64,000 bases of DNA, taken from assembly GCA_042571445.1 (NCBI GenBank), contig JBHPFT010000001.1, positions 29,232 through 93,231 of the forward strand. Direction: 5' to 3'. The translations under genes were made by a program, and so were the position numbers. Origin of the DNA: Patescibacteria group bacterium (GTDB lineage Bacteria; Patescibacteriota; WWE3; UBA101185; UBA10185). A model generated the notes under the pieces. The model had not been told where the DNA came from and did not search any database. It worked only from the letters and a program-made list of their open reading frames with translations. This document shows positions 9,689-19,424 of this stretch, piece after piece (the first letter of the stretch is position 1; every line of letters begins with the position of its first letter).

Positions 9689-10374
9689 GTATATTCAGTG
9701 AGTTGAAACCTCCTGAAGTTATATATCAAGGTTCTTCAAAATATAATCCAGATATAAAGATAATTAAAGTTGGGAAAACATTGAGATTAACAGTGGATGG
9801 GTACATTCAATCTGTAAATTATGATTCTCCTGCTTGTGGAAAGCTCTTTACCGGTAAGGTGGTAGATTTGGTCAAAAGAGAAGTACCTGACGCAGATAAT
9901 TTTTTAGTTTTAGGATTAGGTGGGGGAACAATGCAAAAGCTAATCTCTATGAAATTTGAAGACCCAGAGGTTGTGAGTGTAGATATTGATTCTCAGATGG
10001 TAGAGATAGCTAGGGAATTCTATAATATTGATTCAATTCCTAAACACAGAATAATAGTAGACGATGCCTTAAGGGTAGTGGTGGAACCTGATGAGAATGA
10101 TTTGGAAAAAAATGAATTTGATGTAGCTATCGTAGATATATTTGTTGGTAACTCATCTCCAGATCTAATAAAAACAGGAAATTTCATTGTCCATCTAAAA
10201 AGATTAGTTAAACCCAGTGGTCTAATTGTATTTAACAGAAACTACACTACAGAGTTTCAAGAGGGGGCAGACCTCTTTTCAGAATATCTAGAGGATCACC
10301 TGAAAGATGTGAGGACAGAAGTAGTGGCGGGGTATTCTAACTCAGATAACATTCTTATTTATGGTAGAGTGTAA
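9685..10374 (+). CDS. spermidine-synthase-like (PABS) methyltransferase-fold protein, short form
   Basis: VLGLGGGT nucleotide-binding loop, VDIDSQMVEIAREFY and DVAIVDIF acidic motifs. It lacks the N-terminal oligomerisation domain of canonical SpeE. Confidence 0.5.
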   Translation: MSIFSELKPPEVIYQGSSKYNPDIKIIKVGKTLRLTVDGYIQSVNYDSPACGKLFTGKVVDLVKREVPDADNFLVLGLGGGTMQKLISMKFEDPEVVSVDIDSQMVEIAREFYNIDSIPKHRIIVDDALRVVVEPDENDLEKNEFDVAIVDIFVGNSSPDLIKTGNFIVHLKRLVKPSGLIVFNRNYTTEFQEGADLFSEYLEDHLKDVRTEVVAGYSNSDNILIYGRV

Positions 10375-10380
10375 CTAATT

Positions 10381-11196
10381 ATGAGCCTACTTCAAGCTTT
10401 AATATTAGGAATAATACAGGGAATTACAGAGTTTTTCCCCATTTCCTCATCAGGACATCTTGCAGTTATTCCAAGTTTTCTAGACTGGCCCCAACAACCA
10501 CTAGTTTTTGATACTTCAGTCCATCTAGGAACAGCTCTTGCTTTATTAGTAGTATTTAGAAAAGAAATTGGAAACATAATCTCTTCATTAGTTAAAGACC
10601 TTTCCTCAAAAGGATTAACATTTAAGGAATATTCAGAAGATTCGATCTTTGGCTATAAACTATTAATTGGATCTATCCCAGCAGGATTGATAGGGTACTT
10701 TTTAAGAGATTTCTTTGAGAATGATGTTCGAGGGGTGCTAATTATTGTGATCTCCCTTCTTTTTGGAAGTATACTCATGGCTTTGGCAGAAAAAGTTCAG
10801 AAGAAGAGGTTACTATCAAAAGATGAACTAGATATAAAACAGGTTTTTGGGGTAGGGATATTTCAAGCCCTTGCTCTTTTCCCAGGAGTGTCTAGATCAG
10901 GAAGTACTATATCAGGAGGAATGTTTCTCGGATTAAACAGAGAGCACGCCACAAAGTTTTCATTTTTGCTTTCAATCCCTATTGTTATTGCAGCAGGTCT
11001 ATTTGAGATAGGAAGTTCATTTTCTAATCTTTCTTCCCTTAATTACCAACCACTGGTAGTTGGGTTCTTAGCTAGTTATGGAACAGCAATATTTGCGATC
11101 AGATTTCTACTTAACTTTGTTAAGAGTAAAAGTCTGCATCCCTTTGTGTTATACAGAGTAGTCCTTGCATTAATTCTTTTGACAGCACTCTTTTAA
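10381..11196 (+). CDS. uppP: undecaprenyl-diphosphatase
   Basis: GITEFFPISSSGHL N-terminal signature and the PG(V/I)SRSG(S/A)TI motif (PGVSRSGSTISGG). Polytopic membrane protein. Confidence 0.9.
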   Translation: MSLLQALILGIIQGITEFFPISSSGHLAVIPSFLDWPQQPLVFDTSVHLGTALALLVVFRKEIGNIISSLVKDLSSKGLTFKEYSEDSIFGYKLLIGSIPAGLIGYFLRDFFENDVRGVLIIVISLLFGSILMALAEKVQKKRLLSKDELDIKQVFGVGIFQALALFPGVSRSGSTISGGMFLGLNREHATKFSFLLSIPIVIAAGLFEIGSSFSNLSSLNYQPLVVGFLASYGTAIFAIRFLLNFVKSKSLHPFVLYRVVLALILLTALF

Positions 11197-11223
11197 TTTC
11201 TTCGATGATATAATCATTGTGTT

Positions 11224-13779
11224 ATGTTTGGTAAACTTTTTGATCCTAACAAGAAACAATTAAAGGCTGTAGAGCCTATTGTTGAAAGGATAAACTCTCT
11301 TGAAGAAGAAACTAAGAAGCTTTCTGATAGTGAGATAAAAGCAAAGACCCAGAAGTGGAAAGAAGAACTCAAAGAGATGTCTTTTAATGAGCAGGAGAAG
11401 TACTTGGACAAGATTTTGCCTGAGGCCTTTGCACTAGTTAGAGAGGCTGCTGTTAGATCTTTAGAACAAAGACACTACGATGTACAAATTATGTCCGGCA
11501 TAGCACTTCATCAAGGTAAGGTCGTTGAACAAAAAACTGGTGAAGGTAAAACTTTAACTGCCACACTTCCTCTTTACCTAAACTCCCTTACTGGTAGAGG
11601 AGTTCATCTAGTTACTCCAAACGATTACCTATCAAGACGTGACGCTGGGTGGATGGGACGTGTTTACGAGGTACTGGGAGTTACTGTTGGAGTTATTACG
11701 CAAGAAAAAGCTTTTATTTATGATCCTGAGTATGAAGGAACTGAGTTTGGTGATGTTTTTGGCATTCATTTAAAGGAAGTTGCAAGACAAAAAGTATATC
11801 AATGTAATATTACATACGGTACAAACCATGAGTTTGGGTTTGACTACCTTCGTGACAATATGGTTAGGGGCTTATCAGACATGGTACAGACAAACCCAAA
11901 TGGAGATTGGGGCATTCACAACTACTCCATTGTTGATGAAGCTGACTCAATATTAATAGATGTTGCTCGTACTCCTCTTATTATCTCTGCACCAGATACA
12001 AAACCTTCTGAGAGATATCACCAAGTAAATAAAATTATTAAATCTCTTCAAAAAGATTCTGACTATGAAGTTGATGAGAAATTTAGAAATGCAACTCTTA
12101 CTGACCTTGGAGTTAGAAGAGTAGAGAGATTAGTTGGAGTGGGAAATCTTTATGAACAAGACTTTGAGATGGTTCACCTTATTGAGCAGGCCTTAGTCGC
12201 TAATACTTTGTATGTTAAAGATAAGGACTATGTTGTTAAAGGAGGTAGTGTTGTTATTGTCGATCAATTTACTGGAAGACTTCTACCAAGCAATAGATTT
12301 AGCCATGGACTCCATCAAGCAATTGAAGCTAAAGAAGGTGCAACCATTCAACAGGAAAGTAAAACCCTGGCTGAAATTTCATATCAGAACTACTTTAGAA
12401 TGTACACAAAACTTGCTGGTATGACTGGTACTGCAGCTACAGAAGCAGAAGAGTTTTATAAGATATATAAACTTGATGTTGTTGTTGTACCAACAAATAA
12501 GCCAATAGTAAGAAAGGACCAGAATGATGTTGTTTATAAGACTGAGGCTGCTAAGTTTAAGGCTGTGGCAGATGAAATAGAAGAAAGACACAAAAAAGGC
12601 CAACCAGTTCTAGTTGGTACTACATCTGTTGAGAGAAGTGAGCTCTTACATAACTTTCTTCAGAGAAGAAAGATTTCTCACGAAATACTAAATGCTAAAA
12701 ACCATGAAAGAGAGGCTTTAATTATTGCTCAGGCTGGAAGAGAGGGAGCAGTAACAATAAGTACTAACATGGCAGGTCGTGGTGTTGACATTATCTTAGG
12801 GGGAGATCCATCTGAGGAAGGTACTCAAGAAAAGATAAAAGGGGTTGGTGGCCTTTATGTTATTGGTACTGAGAGGCATGAGTCTCGAAGAATTGATAAT
12901 CAGCTAAGAGGAAGATCAGGAAGACAGGGAGACCCTGGAGAATCTAGATTCTTTGTATCACTTCAAGATGACTTAATGAGAATCTTTGGTGGGGAACAGG
13001 TCCAAAGAATTATGGATAAGTTTGGACTTGAAGAAAACGTTCCACTTGAGGCTGGAATTGTTTCAAAAGCTATAGAAAATGCTCAAAAGAGAGTAGAGGG
13101 GTTTAACTTTGATAGAAGAAAGCAATTGGTTGAGATGGATGACATTATGAACACTCATAGAGAGGTAGTTTATAAGCTAAGGAGAAGGTTACTTGAGTTA
13201 AGTGAAGGAAATGCAGATCACAAAGATTGGGTAATAGGTAAACTTTCAGAGAATTCTTCTTTTGATGGAAAAGTTTGGGAGGAAAAAGAGAATTTATTTG
13301 GTGCTGATAACTGGCTTAAAGTGGTTGCAGGACTTTCCCTGCCTGTAATAGATATGTTGTGGATGGCACATCTTGTTGATATGGATCAAGTTAGAGAGGG
13401 AATTGGTCTTAGAGGGTATGCTCAAAGAGATCCAATGGTTGAATACAAAAGAGAGGGGCATGAGAGATTTGAAGTACTTCTTTCAAGAGTTTATTCAATG
13501 GTTGGGGAGAGACTCTCTGCCGTATCAAGGGAAGTAACTCCACAAAGAGAGGCAGCAGTGCTACCTAAGAATGTTGAATATCAAAAGGGTGAGTTTGAAT
13601 CAGGAGTTTCAGAAGAAGCAGCTCAGGTTCAAGAACAAGAATCTAAAGTTGTGGATTCTTCTGGAAGACAGTTTAAGGTTGAGAAGGTAGAGTCAAATGT
13701 AGAGAAGGTCGGTAGAAACGATCCATGTCCATGTGGGAGTGGACTAAAATACAAGAAGTGCCATGGAAAGAATGACTAA
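11224..13779 (+). CDS. secA: preprotein translocase ATPase SecA
   Basis: 851 aa with DEAD-like motor motifs and a C-terminal zinc-binding tail (CPCGSGLKYKKCHG). Confidence 0.95.
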   Translation: MFGKLFDPNKKQLKAVEPIVERINSLEEETKKLSDSEIKAKTQKWKEELKEMSFNEQEKYLDKILPEAFALVREAAVRSLEQRHYDVQIMSGIALHQGKVVEQKTGEGKTLTATLPLYLNSLTGRGVHLVTPNDYLSRRDAGWMGRVYEVLGVTVGVITQEKAFIYDPEYEGTEFGDVFGIHLKEVARQKVYQCNITYGTNHEFGFDYLRDNMVRGLSDMVQTNPNGDWGIHNYSIVDEADSILIDVARTPLIISAPDTKPSERYHQVNKIIKSLQKDSDYEVDEKFRNATLTDLGVRRVERLVGVGNLYEQDFEMVHLIEQALVANTLYVKDKDYVVKGGSVVIVDQFTGRLLPSNRFSHGLHQAIEAKEGATIQQESKTLAEISYQNYFRMYTKLAGMTGTAATEAEEFYKIYKLDVVVVPTNKPIVRKDQNDVVYKTEAAKFKAVADEIEERHKKGQPVLVGTTSVERSELLHNFLQRRKISHEILNAKNHEREALIIAQAGREGAVTISTNMAGRGVDIILGGDPSEEGTQEKIKGVGGLYVIGTERHESRRIDNQLRGRSGRQGDPGESRFFVSLQDDLMRIFGGEQVQRIMDKFGLEENVPLEAGIVSKAIENAQKRVEGFNFDRRKQLVEMDDIMNTHREVVYKLRRRLLELSEGNADHKDWVIGKLSENSSFDGKVWEEKENLFGADNWLKVVAGLSLPVIDMLWMAHLVDMDQVREGIGLRGYAQRDPMVEYKREGHERFEVLLSRVYSMVGERLSAVSREVTPQREAAVLPKNVEYQKGEFESGVSEEAAQVQEQESKVVDSSGRQFKVEKVESNVEKVGRNDPCPCGSGLKYKKCHGKND

Positions 13780-15350
13780 TTCCCTAAAGCCTGAGTAGTA
13801 GTTTGGAGAGCTACTGTACAGTCTGCATTTCCTGGGGCTAGTTGAAGACACTGCTCAAAGTATGTCTTAGCCTCTTGGAGGTTTCCTTCTTTATAAGAAA
13901 TAAATCCTAACTTATATGCAGCTTGATATAAAAGTGGGTTCATTTTATAGGACTGAAGAAGGTACTGCTTAGCTTTTTCAAGATCTCCCTTTTGAAGATA
14001 TGAAAAACCAATATTATGTATTGCATCTGCATAGTTTGGTCTTAATGCTACTGATTTCTTGAAGTTTTCTATTGCTAGATCATAGTTTCCTTCGTTTGCG
14101 TATACATCTCCTAAGTTGTTATACACACGGTAGCTATATGGGGCTGTTTTCATAGTTGCATACCATAGATTTTTACTATTTTTCAAATCATTTGTTCTTA
14201 AAATTGTTCTAACTGAATAGAAGATAAGTATGATTGTAACTAGTACTGCTGTTAAGTCTTTCATATCTGTTTTTTTCTCTGCCCTAAAGATTAGTACTGC
14301 TACGATCATAGAAAAGAATGCTGAAGCTATATATAGGTATCTTTCTGCAATAGACCAAGCAATAAGAATGGGGCTAAAACTAGGAAGCATTGATAAAAAG
14401 ATTATCATTCCAAATCCAGCTAACATTCTCTCCTTTTTGATTAGTTTAATAATTGCCCAAACAACGGCAATTGCTGTAAGCACCATCATTGCGTAGTTAA
14501 AACTCGTAATTACTTTTCCTTCGTGATAAATACTAAGTCTTAGAGGAAAAACTAAGAGCCTAGTTGCCATAGCAATTGTGTAGGGAATTCTATTTAATAG
14601 TGGTGTTGCTCCTTCTACATCTAGGTAGTGCTTAGTTTCAAGTACCTCAACTCTACTTTGAAGTTCTGGTACAACATTAAGCATAACGAATGCAACTGAA
14701 ACAATGGCATAGGGAATATAAAATTTAATATTTTTCCACTCGATCTTTTTTTCAAATACGAATTGGTCTAAAGCTACTATTATGAAAGGAGTAATTAGTG
14801 ACCAAGGGTCGCGCATAGAAAGAAGATTAAGAGCAAAGATACCCATTGAAGCATATAGGAACTTTTTATTCTTAGAATTTTTATATATTACAAATGAAAT
14901 TAAGGTGGTGAATATAAAGATGGAGTTGATGAGGTATCCTCTGCTTGAAATCCAACCTACAGTTTCACTATTTACAGGGTGTAGGGCGAACAAGAGACTT
15001 GTTACCACAGCCCCCCTTTTTCCTATAAGCAAATATGCAAGTACAAAGATTAATATAGTGTCTATGATATGAAAGATAATAGAACCAACATGAAATGCTG
15101 ACGGAGTCACTCCAAACAGTTTTATAATGGTAGCTGCATAAATAGGTCCTAATGATAATTTTTTTACAGTACCTTCGAAATTTCTTAGGTCCTGGTTATA
15201 AATAATTCCAGTGTTATCATCGAGATTTAAGAATTCTCCATTTGCTAAATTTCCATAGGCAATAACTATAGTTACAGCCAGAATTAAAAAAAATACTAGA
15301 TTTTTTTTAAGAAGTCTTCCTAGGTCCTTTATAGTTTCTACTTTTTCCAT
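13776..15350 (-). CDS. polytopic membrane protein with C-terminal TPR repeats (TMTC/PMT-like putative glycosyltransferase)
   Basis: About 10 predicted TM helices, then at least 4 TPR repeats (YANEGNYDLAIENFKKSVALRPNYADAIHNIGFSYLQKGDLEKAKQY...). Confidence 0.6.
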   Translation of the reverse strand: MEKVETIKDLGRLLKKNLVFFLILAVTIVIAYGNLANGEFLNLDDNTGIIYNQDLRNFEGTVKKLSLGPIYAATIIKLFGVTPSAFHVGSIIFHIIDTILIFVLAYLLIGKRGAVVTSLLFALHPVNSETVGWISSRGYLINSIFIFTTLISFVIYKNSKNKKFLYASMGIFALNLLSMRDPWSLITPFIIVALDQFVFEKKIEWKNIKFYIPYAIVSVAFVMLNVVPELQSRVEVLETKHYLDVEGATPLLNRIPYTIAMATRLLVFPLRLSIYHEGKVITSFNYAMMVLTAIAVVWAIIKLIKKERMLAGFGMIIFLSMLPSFSPILIAWSIAERYLYIASAFFSMIVAVLIFRAEKKTDMKDLTAVLVTIILIFYSVRTILRTNDLKNSKNLWYATMKTAPYSYRVYNNLGDVYANEGNYDLAIENFKKSVALRPNYADAIHNIGFSYLQKGDLEKAKQYLLQSYKMNPLLYQAAYKLGFISYKEGNLQEAKTYFEQCLQLAPGNADCTVALQTTTQALGN

Positions 15351-15382
15351 TACATTGTTATTATATATAGTGATTTAAAAAT

Positions 15383-15928
15383 ATGAAGATTAAAAATTTT
15401 TTACTAGAACTTGTTGAAACCTTTTTAACCTCTCTAGTGGTTATTCTAATATTATACGTATTAATTGCGAGTATTGAAGTTGTTTATGGTGCTAGTATGG
15501 AACCTAGCTTCTATTCCGGGGAAAGGATACTTGTTGATAAGATAACAAAGAGACTTAGGGAGTTTGAAAGAGGGGAGGTAGTAGTGTTTTATCCTCCTGG
15601 AGATGACTCTAAGCACTACATCAAAAGAATAATTGGTATTCCTGGAGATATTATTAAAATAATAGATTGTAAGGTTTTAATATCAAGGGAAGGTGAAAAG
15701 TTTGAACTTGATGAAACATACCTTTCTGAGGAAGTTTGTACTGCAGGAAGCTCGGTAATAAAGGAAGGAAGGTCTCTTAGAGTTGGGGATGAAAAGTATC
15801 TCCTTTTAGGCGATAACAGAGATTCTTCCCTTGATAGTCGAGTTTTGGGCTTAGTGGAGGAGAAAAAGATAATTGGTAGAGTAATTTTTAGGTTTTGGCC
15901 AATTTCTCGTGTAGGCTTCGTAAATTAA
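15383..15928 (+). CDS. lepB: signal peptidase I (P-type, Ser/Lys dyad)
   Basis: Box B GASMEPSF (catalytic Ser), box D YIKRIIGIPGD (catalytic Lys) and box E GDNRDSSLDSR. Confidence 0.9.
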   Translation: MKIKNFLLELVETFLTSLVVILILYVLIASIEVVYGASMEPSFYSGERILVDKITKRLREFERGEVVVFYPPGDDSKHYIKRIIGIPGDIIKIIDCKVLISREGEKFELDETYLSEEVCTAGSSVIKEGRSLRVGDEKYLLLGDNRDSSLDSRVLGLVEEKKIIGRVIFRFWPISRVGFVN

Positions 15929-15931
15929 GTA

Positions 15932-15960
15932 TTGACAAGCTATACTCTATGTGGTAATTT
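15932..15960 (+). promoter_or_regulatory. candidate sigma70-type promoter for rpoB (TTGACA-17 nt-TAATTT)
   Basis: Exact -35 hexamer TTGACA with a 17-nt spacer to TAATTT, about 150 nt upstream of the rpoB start. Confidence 0.3.
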
Positions 15961-15984
15961 TCGCTCTGTTCCAAAAAGTGCCGT

Positions 15985-16041
15985 AGTTTCAACAAAATCT
16001 CAGGTTACCTTGACGAGATAAACTCTGTTTTGGTTGAAACT
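15985..16041 (+). promoter_or_regulatory. long inverted repeat / stem-loop in the rpoB leader
   Basis: AGTTTCAACAAAA ...30 nt... TTTTGGTTGAAACT forms a near-perfect 13-bp stem. It is not followed by a U-tract, so it is not a terminator. Confidence 0.35.
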
Positions 16042-16112
16042 AAAATAAATATTAAAAAGTATCAAAAAAAGTAGTAATATATAGTTTGACCTGTTTTTAT
16101 ACATAAAATCTA

Positions 16113-19100
16113 ATGAGAGAAACCTTTTCTGAAAGAAAAATAGCCCTTCCTATACCTAACCTTGTAGGTGTGCAATTAGAGTCATATAATTGGTTGAGAG
16201 GACAGGGTTTGAACGAAGTCCTAGATGAACTAGGAACTATTGAAGATACTTCAGGAAGAGGTTGGATTGTTAAGCTTACACACCCAAGAATAGACAAGGA
16301 GAACATCTCCGAAGAGGAGGCCAAAAGAACCGGTAGAAACTACGACGCCCCCTGGTATGTAAAAGCGACTATAGAAGATCCCATTAACAAAAAGAAAAAG
16401 AGCCATGAAATATATATGGGTGATATTCCCCTTATGACAGAAAAGGGGACTTTTGTTATTAATGGGGTAGAAAGAATCATTATTAACCAATTAATTAGGG
16501 CCGAGGGAGTTCTTTTTACAGGTGAGTATTCTCCAGTTACGGGTCAGTTTTTAGCAGGTGCTAAAGTTCTTCCAAGAAGTGGTGTTTGGTTAGAATTTGA
16601 AACATCTAGAAGGACTGGGGTGTTAACTCTTAGAATAGACAGAAAAAGGAAGATTACAGCCACAACTCTTCTTAGAATACTTGGTTTAGAAACAGACGAT
16701 GATATTAGAGATGCCTTTGCAGATGCAGAAACAAACCCAGAAATTAACTATACAGAGGCAACACTAGCTAAGGATCCTTCAAATGGCTATGATGAGGCTT
16801 GTCTTGAGGTCTACAAAAAGATGAGACCAGGAGAGCCCTTAATTCTTGAGAATGCAAAATCCCTAATAAATGCAATGTTTTTCAATAAACGAAGATATAG
16901 TTTGGGGCCGGTAGGAAGATTTAAATTAAATCAGACACTCGGTTTAGATTTTCCTAACGATCCTGAGCATAGACTTTTGCAATTAGAGGACCTCATTAAG
17001 ATTATTTCAAGAATAATTGAATTAAATAATGGTATTGGAGAGCCCTCTGATGTTGATTTCTTAGGAAATAGGAGAGTTAAGAGTATGGGAGAACTACTTC
17101 AATGGCAAATGAGAATTGGGTTTCTAAGAATGGAAAAGAACATAAAGGAAAGAATGAGCCTTGCTCCAAGAGAGATCTTACCAGATCCTTCTACTTTGAT
17201 ATCTCCAAGGGCTATTGCCGCAGCAATTCACAGCTTTTTCGCAACAGGACAGCTTTCCCAGCTACATGATCAGCAAAACCCACTTACAGCACTTGATCAC
17301 TTGAGAAGGCTTTCTGTTTTAGGACCAGGTGGTTTAACAAAAGAAAGAGCAAGTTTTTCAGTCAGAGACGTTCATAACTCCTATTTTGGAAAAGTATGCC
17401 CTGTTAGAACGCCAGAGGGTCCTAATGTTGGTCTTATTAACTATCTTTCTATGTATGCAAAGGTAAATGAGTATGGATTTTTAGAAACACCTTATATTAA
17501 GCTTAAAAAAGAGAAAAATGGAAAGGTAAGAATTACTAATAAAGTAGAGTATTTAGCTGCATATCAAGAGGCAGAGGTTACTATCACCGATCAATCAGTA
17601 AGAATTGACAACAATGGTTATATCATAGATGAACAAATTCCACTAAGAAAAGGTGGGGAATTCTTTCTTGGAGAGTCATCTGCAGCTGAATACATTGAGG
17701 TTGTTCCAAGACAGGTTCTTGGTATAGTTGCAGGCTTAGTTCCTTTTGTTCAGAATAATGAGGTTACTCGTGTAACCATGGGTACCCAACAAATGTCACA
17801 AGCAGTTCCTCTAGTTAAACCACAAAAACCAATTGTTGGTACAGGAATTGAAGCGGATGTAGCAAAAAATACTGATGCGGTAATTTATGCAGAGGGTAAT
17901 GGGGTAGTTGAGTATGCAGATTCCCAAAAGGTAATTATTAAATATTCAGGGGGTGAAAAAAATAGAAAAGTTGAGTACACCGTTGGTAAGTTTGTTCAAA
18001 GCAACAGTGACACTTGTTATAACCAGAAAGTGAAGGTAGAAACAGGCCAAAAGGTAAAAGAAGGAGATGTCTTAGCAGAAGGCCCTTCTATTGATGATGG
18101 TGAGTTGGCAATTGGTACAAACATGAGAATTGCCTACATGATTTACAGAGGTTTAGAGTATGAAGACGGTATTGTTGTCTCTGATAGATTGGTTAAGGAA
18201 GACGTTCTAACTTCTATTAGAATTTCTGATCACCCAATTAAGGTTCAGGAAACAAAGTTAGGTCCAGAAGAAATTACAAGGGATATTCCAAATGTTTCAG
18301 AGGAGATTTTAAGAAATCTTGATGAAGATGGAATTGTTGCTGTTGGTTCTAAAGTTAAATCTGGAGATATTTTAGTTGGTAAGGTAGCTCCTAAAGGTGA
18401 AGTTGACTTAACAGCTGAAGAAAGACTTCTTAGAGCTATCTTTGGTGAGAAAGCTAAAGATGTTAGAGATACTTCTTTAAGAATGCCTCATGGTGAACAC
18501 GGTACTGTCATTGGAGTAAAAAAAGTAACAAAGGAAGAAAATGATTCTCTTCCGGCAGGCACCATTGAGGAGATAACAATTTATGTTGCTCAACAGAAAA
18601 AGATTGAGGTTGGGGATAAACTCGCTGGCAGACACGGAAATAAAGGGGTAATTTCTGCAATTGTTCCTGCAATAGACATGCCAACAATGTCTGATGGCAC
18701 ATCTATGGATATTATTTTCTCTTCAGAAACAGCTCTTAGAAGAATGAATCTTGGACAGATGCTTGAGTCTTCTCTCGGTATGGCTGGTGAGAAACTTGGT
18801 AAATATTACGAGATTCCCTCTCTCCAAAAGATTCCTGAGGGGATGATTGAAGACGAACTTGGGAAGGCCGGTTATCCCGTAACGGGAAAGATGAAGCTTA
18901 TAGATGGCAGGACTGGGGAATATTTTGATAATCCTATTGTTGTTGGATCCGCCTATATTTTGAAACTTGTACACATGAGTGAAGAAAAGATGCACGCCAG
19001 AGCAACAGGTCCTTACTCTTTGATTACTCAGCAACCACTTGGTGGAAAGGCACAGTTTGGTGGACAGAGATTTGGTGAGATGGAAGTATGGGCACTAGAA

Positions 19101-19424
19101 TCATATGGTGCTGCACACATTCTTCAAGAGATGTTAACAATCAAATCTGATGACATGCTAGGTAGAGTTCAGGCATATAGTGCTATGGTTCAGGGAAATG
19201 AGATTCCAGGACCAACAGTTCCTGAAACATTCAAGCTTTTAATTAGAAAGTTAAATGGTTTGGGTTTGGCCTTAGAAGCATACTCTGTTGAAAAGAGTTC
19301 TGAGGAAGAGAAGACAGGAAAAAATGAAGAGATACAGGAGATCTTGGAGGAGCCAAAAGAGGGAATAGATAAAGAGGATTTAGAAAGTTTATCTGAAAAA
19401 ACTTTAGAAAAGGAACAAAAATGA
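16113..19424 (+). CDS. rpoB: DNA-directed RNA polymerase subunit beta
   Basis: 1103 aa with conserved beta motifs (e.g. GDKLAGRHGNKG). Confidence 0.97.
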   Translation: MRETFSERKIALPIPNLVGVQLESYNWLRGQGLNEVLDELGTIEDTSGRGWIVKLTHPRIDKENISEEEAKRTGRNYDAPWYVKATIEDPINKKKKSHEIYMGDIPLMTEKGTFVINGVERIIINQLIRAEGVLFTGEYSPVTGQFLAGAKVLPRSGVWLEFETSRRTGVLTLRIDRKRKITATTLLRILGLETDDDIRDAFADAETNPEINYTEATLAKDPSNGYDEACLEVYKKMRPGEPLILENAKSLINAMFFNKRRYSLGPVGRFKLNQTLGLDFPNDPEHRLLQLEDLIKIISRIIELNNGIGEPSDVDFLGNRRVKSMGELLQWQMRIGFLRMEKNIKERMSLAPREILPDPSTLISPRAIAAAIHSFFATGQLSQLHDQQNPLTALDHLRRLSVLGPGGLTKERASFSVRDVHNSYFGKVCPVRTPEGPNVGLINYLSMYAKVNEYGFLETPYIKLKKEKNGKVRITNKVEYLAAYQEAEVTITDQSVRIDNNGYIIDEQIPLRKGGEFFLGESSAAEYIEVVPRQVLGIVAGLVPFVQNNEVTRVTMGTQQMSQAVPLVKPQKPIVGTGIEADVAKNTDAVIYAEGNGVVEYADSQKVIIKYSGGEKNRKVEYTVGKFVQSNSDTCYNQKVKVETGQKVKEGDVLAEGPSIDDGELAIGTNMRIAYMIYRGLEYEDGIVVSDRLVKEDVLTSIRISDHPIKVQETKLGPEEITRDIPNVSEEILRNLDEDGIVAVGSKVKSGDILVGKVAPKGEVDLTAEERLLRAIFGEKAKDVRDTSLRMPHGEHGTVIGVKKVTKEENDSLPAGTIEEITIYVAQQKKIEVGDKLAGRHGNKGVISAIVPAIDMPTMSDGTSMDIIFSSETALRRMNLGQMLESSLGMAGEKLGKYYEIPSLQKIPEGMIEDELGKAGYPVTGKMKLIDGRTGEYFDNPIVVGSAYILKLVHMSEEKMHARATGPYSLITQQPLGGKAQFGGQRFGEMEVWALESYGAAHILQEMLTIKSDDMLGRVQAYSAMVQGNEIPGPTVPETFKLLIRKLNGLGLALEAYSVEKSSEEEKTGKNEEIQEILEEPKEGIDKEDLESLSEKTLEKEQK

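Noticed and set aside
15383-15928. Signal peptidase considered as the SipW partner of the TasA-like protein
   Set aside because: It carries the bacterial P-type boxes (SMEPS, KRIIGIPGD, GDNRDSSLDSR) with a Ser/Lys dyad. It is LepB, not the ER/archaeal-type SipW.
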